This document shows, in pieces, positions 61,242 to 64,000 of a stretch of DNA of 64,000 bases. Each line of letters begins with the position of its first letter. Positions within the stretch are counted from its first letter, which is position 1. The stretch lies in the NCBI GenBank assembly GCA_950097015.1, contig CATNEN010000032.1, positions 930,001 to 994,000 of the forward strand, in the 5' to 3' direction. The notes below the pieces were generated by a model. The model ran no database searches. It worked only from the letters and a program-made list of their open reading frames with translations, and had not been told where the DNA came from. A program made the position numbers and the translations under genes. The DNA is from Macrostomum hystrix (Eukaryota; Animalia; Platyhelminthes).

Positions 61242-63570
61242 ATGCTCAACTGCTGGCCAGACAATGACCAGCAGCAGCAGCCGTCAGCGTCCACTTCATC
61301 GTCGCCAGCTTCGGCTTTGACCGTCTCCTTAGTCGGCAGTCCACTGGGCCGAGTTCAACGCCACCTGGAGTGCAGCGTCTGCCTCGAGCTGCTCTCCGAC
61401 CCTCGCCAGCTGCCCTGTCAGCACACCTTCTGTCACGGATGCCTGCTCAGGCTGGCCGCGGCCGCCGCTTCCGACGCTGCCGCGGCCGCTGCAGCCGCCG
61501 GTGTCAGCCGGCTGACTGGCGGCGTCGCCATCCGCTGTCCGGTGTGCCGTCGGGCTCACCCGGTTCAACAGTCGAGCTCGGCTGCCATCGGCTTTCCTAG
61601 AAACCTGCTGGCCGGCTGCTTGCTGGACAGTCTGGCCCAGTGCTGCTCGTGCGACTCGGACACTCTTGCCAGCAATGCCTGCCCGGGCTGCGGCCGCACT
61701 CTATGCCAGGCGCACTTTCTCAGGCATATCGACTTTGTCGGCGATAGCCTAAAATGTGGCTTGAAGAGCTCTTCCACTTCCGTTGCTCCCGATGCTCATT
61801 CTGCTGCTTCTATGCCGAATGCGCCGAATCTGCGAGCTCTGCTGACAGAGTTGGAGAGTGAGTGCCGCAGTTTGTCTTTGGGCGGTGGAGGCGGCAGTTT
61901 AGTTATGTCCGATCCCTCCGATCAGCAGCTGGTGTCCAGGTGCGCCAAGCAGCTATTGGCTCTTCTAGGTGGGCAGGCTGGTTCCACCGGTGGATTTCTT
62001 GGTGTCAACGGAACTCTGCTCAACGGCCTGCCATCGCCGCTACCCGGTCAATTGCAGATGGGTATCAGGCGCAAGGACTGGCTGGCTGTGCGGCAGGTGA
62101 GAGAGAAGAACCCAATGAAAAGAATGTTCGCTTCTAAATCTTCGCGTACCTCAGTACTTGTGTACCTAAAAGTGTGCCAGTACGTAGGTACGTAGGTGCT
62201 TGCGTAACCAAGTACTTGTGTACCTAAAAGTGCGCCAGTACGTAGGTGCTTGCGTACCTAAGTACTTGTGTACCTAAAAGTGTGCCAGTACGTACGTGCT
62301 TGCGTACCCAAGTACGAGTACTTGTGTACCTTAAAGTGTGCCAGTACGTAGGTGCTTGCCTACCCAAGTACTTGCGTACCTAAAAGTGTGCGAGTACGTA
62401 GGTGCTTGCGTACCTAAGTACTTGTGTACGTAAAAGTGCGCTAATACGTAGTAGCTCGCTTACCCATCTACTCTTGAAGTTGATTCGGAATTCGACATAA
62501 TACTTGCCAATTTAACTAGTCCTGTACTACTACATTTATTTCTTGCATTCTCACTAAATTGCTAGAAAAAAATCTTCCCAATAAATACTTCAATTTATCA
62601 AAGACAGGCGGGCTTAGCGCTTTTATGCATAGTTGCTTACCCATCTCACGCTTATCCGCAGTCCGGTCCCAGTCAGCCACTGATGCACCCATGCCACTCG
62701 GAGCCCTGGGACGTGGCCCTGGTGCGCCACACCCAGACTCTGTACTATTGCCCGTCGGCGTCTGTGTGCAACGCCCTCCGGCGTCACCGACCAGATCACA
62801 GCTGGCGCCGCTTGCCCCGCACCCTGCTTTACTGTTCCCATGACAACGGTGAGCTCGAACTCCTCGCCTGCGGTGTCGGCGGCGACTCAGATTCAACTGT
62901 CGCTCCGTTGACCCGAGTCCAGCTTGGCCATCGTCAGCGCCTGGCTCTGCACTATCAGGAGCGGGGCGAGCTGCTGCTGCTGGCTAACTGGCAGCACAGC
63001 CGCGTGCACGTCTGCAACCTGGCCCTGGACTGCGTGCGCCTCATCACCGGCCTGCTGCACCCGCGCGGCCTCTGCGTTGATCCGCTGAGAGCCTTGCTCT
63101 ACGTCACCAACTCTTGCGTGTGCAACCTGGACGTCTACTGCTGCGACACCTATCGGCACTGTCGGACTCTGCGTCACGCCGAATTTCGCGATCTTCACTC
63201 CGTCTGTTGCCATGGCGACCGATTGTTTGTTAGCGACACCGGCGCCAATTGCGTCTTCGCTTTCTCGGCCGGCGATCCAACCAGGGTCATGCAGCGCTAC
63301 CGGCTTGACTGCCCCGGCTTCCTCTGCGTTGACTGGGAGGGCTGCCTCTACGTTGCCTGCGGCCCGGGACAGCACACCGTGGCCGTGATCGACTCGGCCG
63401 CCGAACAGCAGCAGCAGCAGCAGCTGCCTCTGCTTGCCATGCTGGGCTGCGAAAAGAGCTCCGAGCTTGGCCGCTTCCGGCTGGTTCGAGGCCTCGCCTG
63501 CCTTGACCATTGGAACTGCCTCTGTGTGTGCGACTTTGGCAATCGGCGTCTGCAGTTTTTTTATTTTTGA
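61242..63570 (+). CDS. RING - B-box - NHL repeat protein (TRIM-NHL-like), ~587 aa, 2 exons
   Basis: Exons 61242-62096 and 62662-63570 (CAG|GTGAGA, CCGCAG|TCC, phase 0). RING CSVC..LPCQHTFCHGC..CPVC; B-box-like CCSC..CPGC..LCQAH..H; NHL blades (GLLHPRGLCVD, DRLFVSDTGANCV, PGFLCVDWEGCLYV, VCDFGNRRLQFF). Confidence 0.88.
62150..62450. repeat. 50-bp minisatellite in the TRIM-NHL intron
   Basis: AGTACTTGTG recurs at 62211 and 62261; about 6 copies. Confidence 0.9.
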
Positions 63571-64000
63571 CCTACTATACAAATGCAAAAGTTCATTTTT
63601 CTAGCAATTATGCATGCATAACTTAAGCCCTTCGATACTAAAATTCGCGCGACCGAAGTTAAACTGTGTTAATGTCCTCCTGTACCCAAATATTTCTGTA
63701 CCAAAATTGTATTAAAGTAAAACCTACACAAGAACGCCCGCACCCAGGTGCGCGCGAACCCAGCTACACCCGTACCTAAATTTGTCCATACCTAAGTACA
63801 CCCGTAATTAAGTTCGCTCGTACATGAGTGCGCCCGTACGTAAGTACGCCCGTACTTAAGTGCGCCCGTACTCATAATTTTTTGGGTACTTTTGCCTTCA
63901 GGGGCGCCAACTTTTAGCCCAGTAATGCAGAGACCAGCATGGATCAAAGTGAGCAAATAAAAAAGGCACGCGTTTTATTTTCGTGTCCTGGAATTTTTTT

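Noticed and set aside
63898-63915. CAGGGGCGCCAAC, resembling a hAT terminus
   Set aside because: No partner TIR or TSD is visible within the window.

Overview
Animal genomic DNA with spliceosomal introns, GC-rich low-complexity exons and about 20 minisatellites. The style suggests a free-living flatworm such as Macrostomum (inference, not verified). Host genes reconstructed by hand: a 5-exon melatonin-receptor-like class A GPCR (5718-10938, +), a 9-exon MORC2 orthologue with one GC-AG intron (24283-17707, -), a 3-exon NALF/FAM155-like gene (41497-53726, +), a 5'-incomplete coiled-coil gene with a long AEAEARKK repeat and weak ICE1 resemblance (56894-60157, +), a 2-exon RING-B-box-NHL (TRIM-NHL) gene (61242-63570, +), and an unidentified low-complexity ORF pair (3441-4453). 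Two near-intact DNA transposons flank MORC2 and are the most interesting features. (1) A 2.78-kb Chapaev/Transib/RAG1-like element (13148-15928) whose terminal inverted repeats (TIRs) begin with the exact RSS heptamer CACAGTG; it has an apparent 6-bp target-site duplication (TSD) and a transposase split by one -1 frameshift. (2) An 8.8-kb foldback-type Mutator element (25707-34550) encoding a spliced PHD-OTU-MULE transposase fusion, nested in a ~600-bp MULE-type MITE (25417-34872, 9-bp TSD). A hAT MITE, another small MITE and tRNA-derived fragments are also present. All protein similarities were judged by eye from remembered family motifs; no searches were run.
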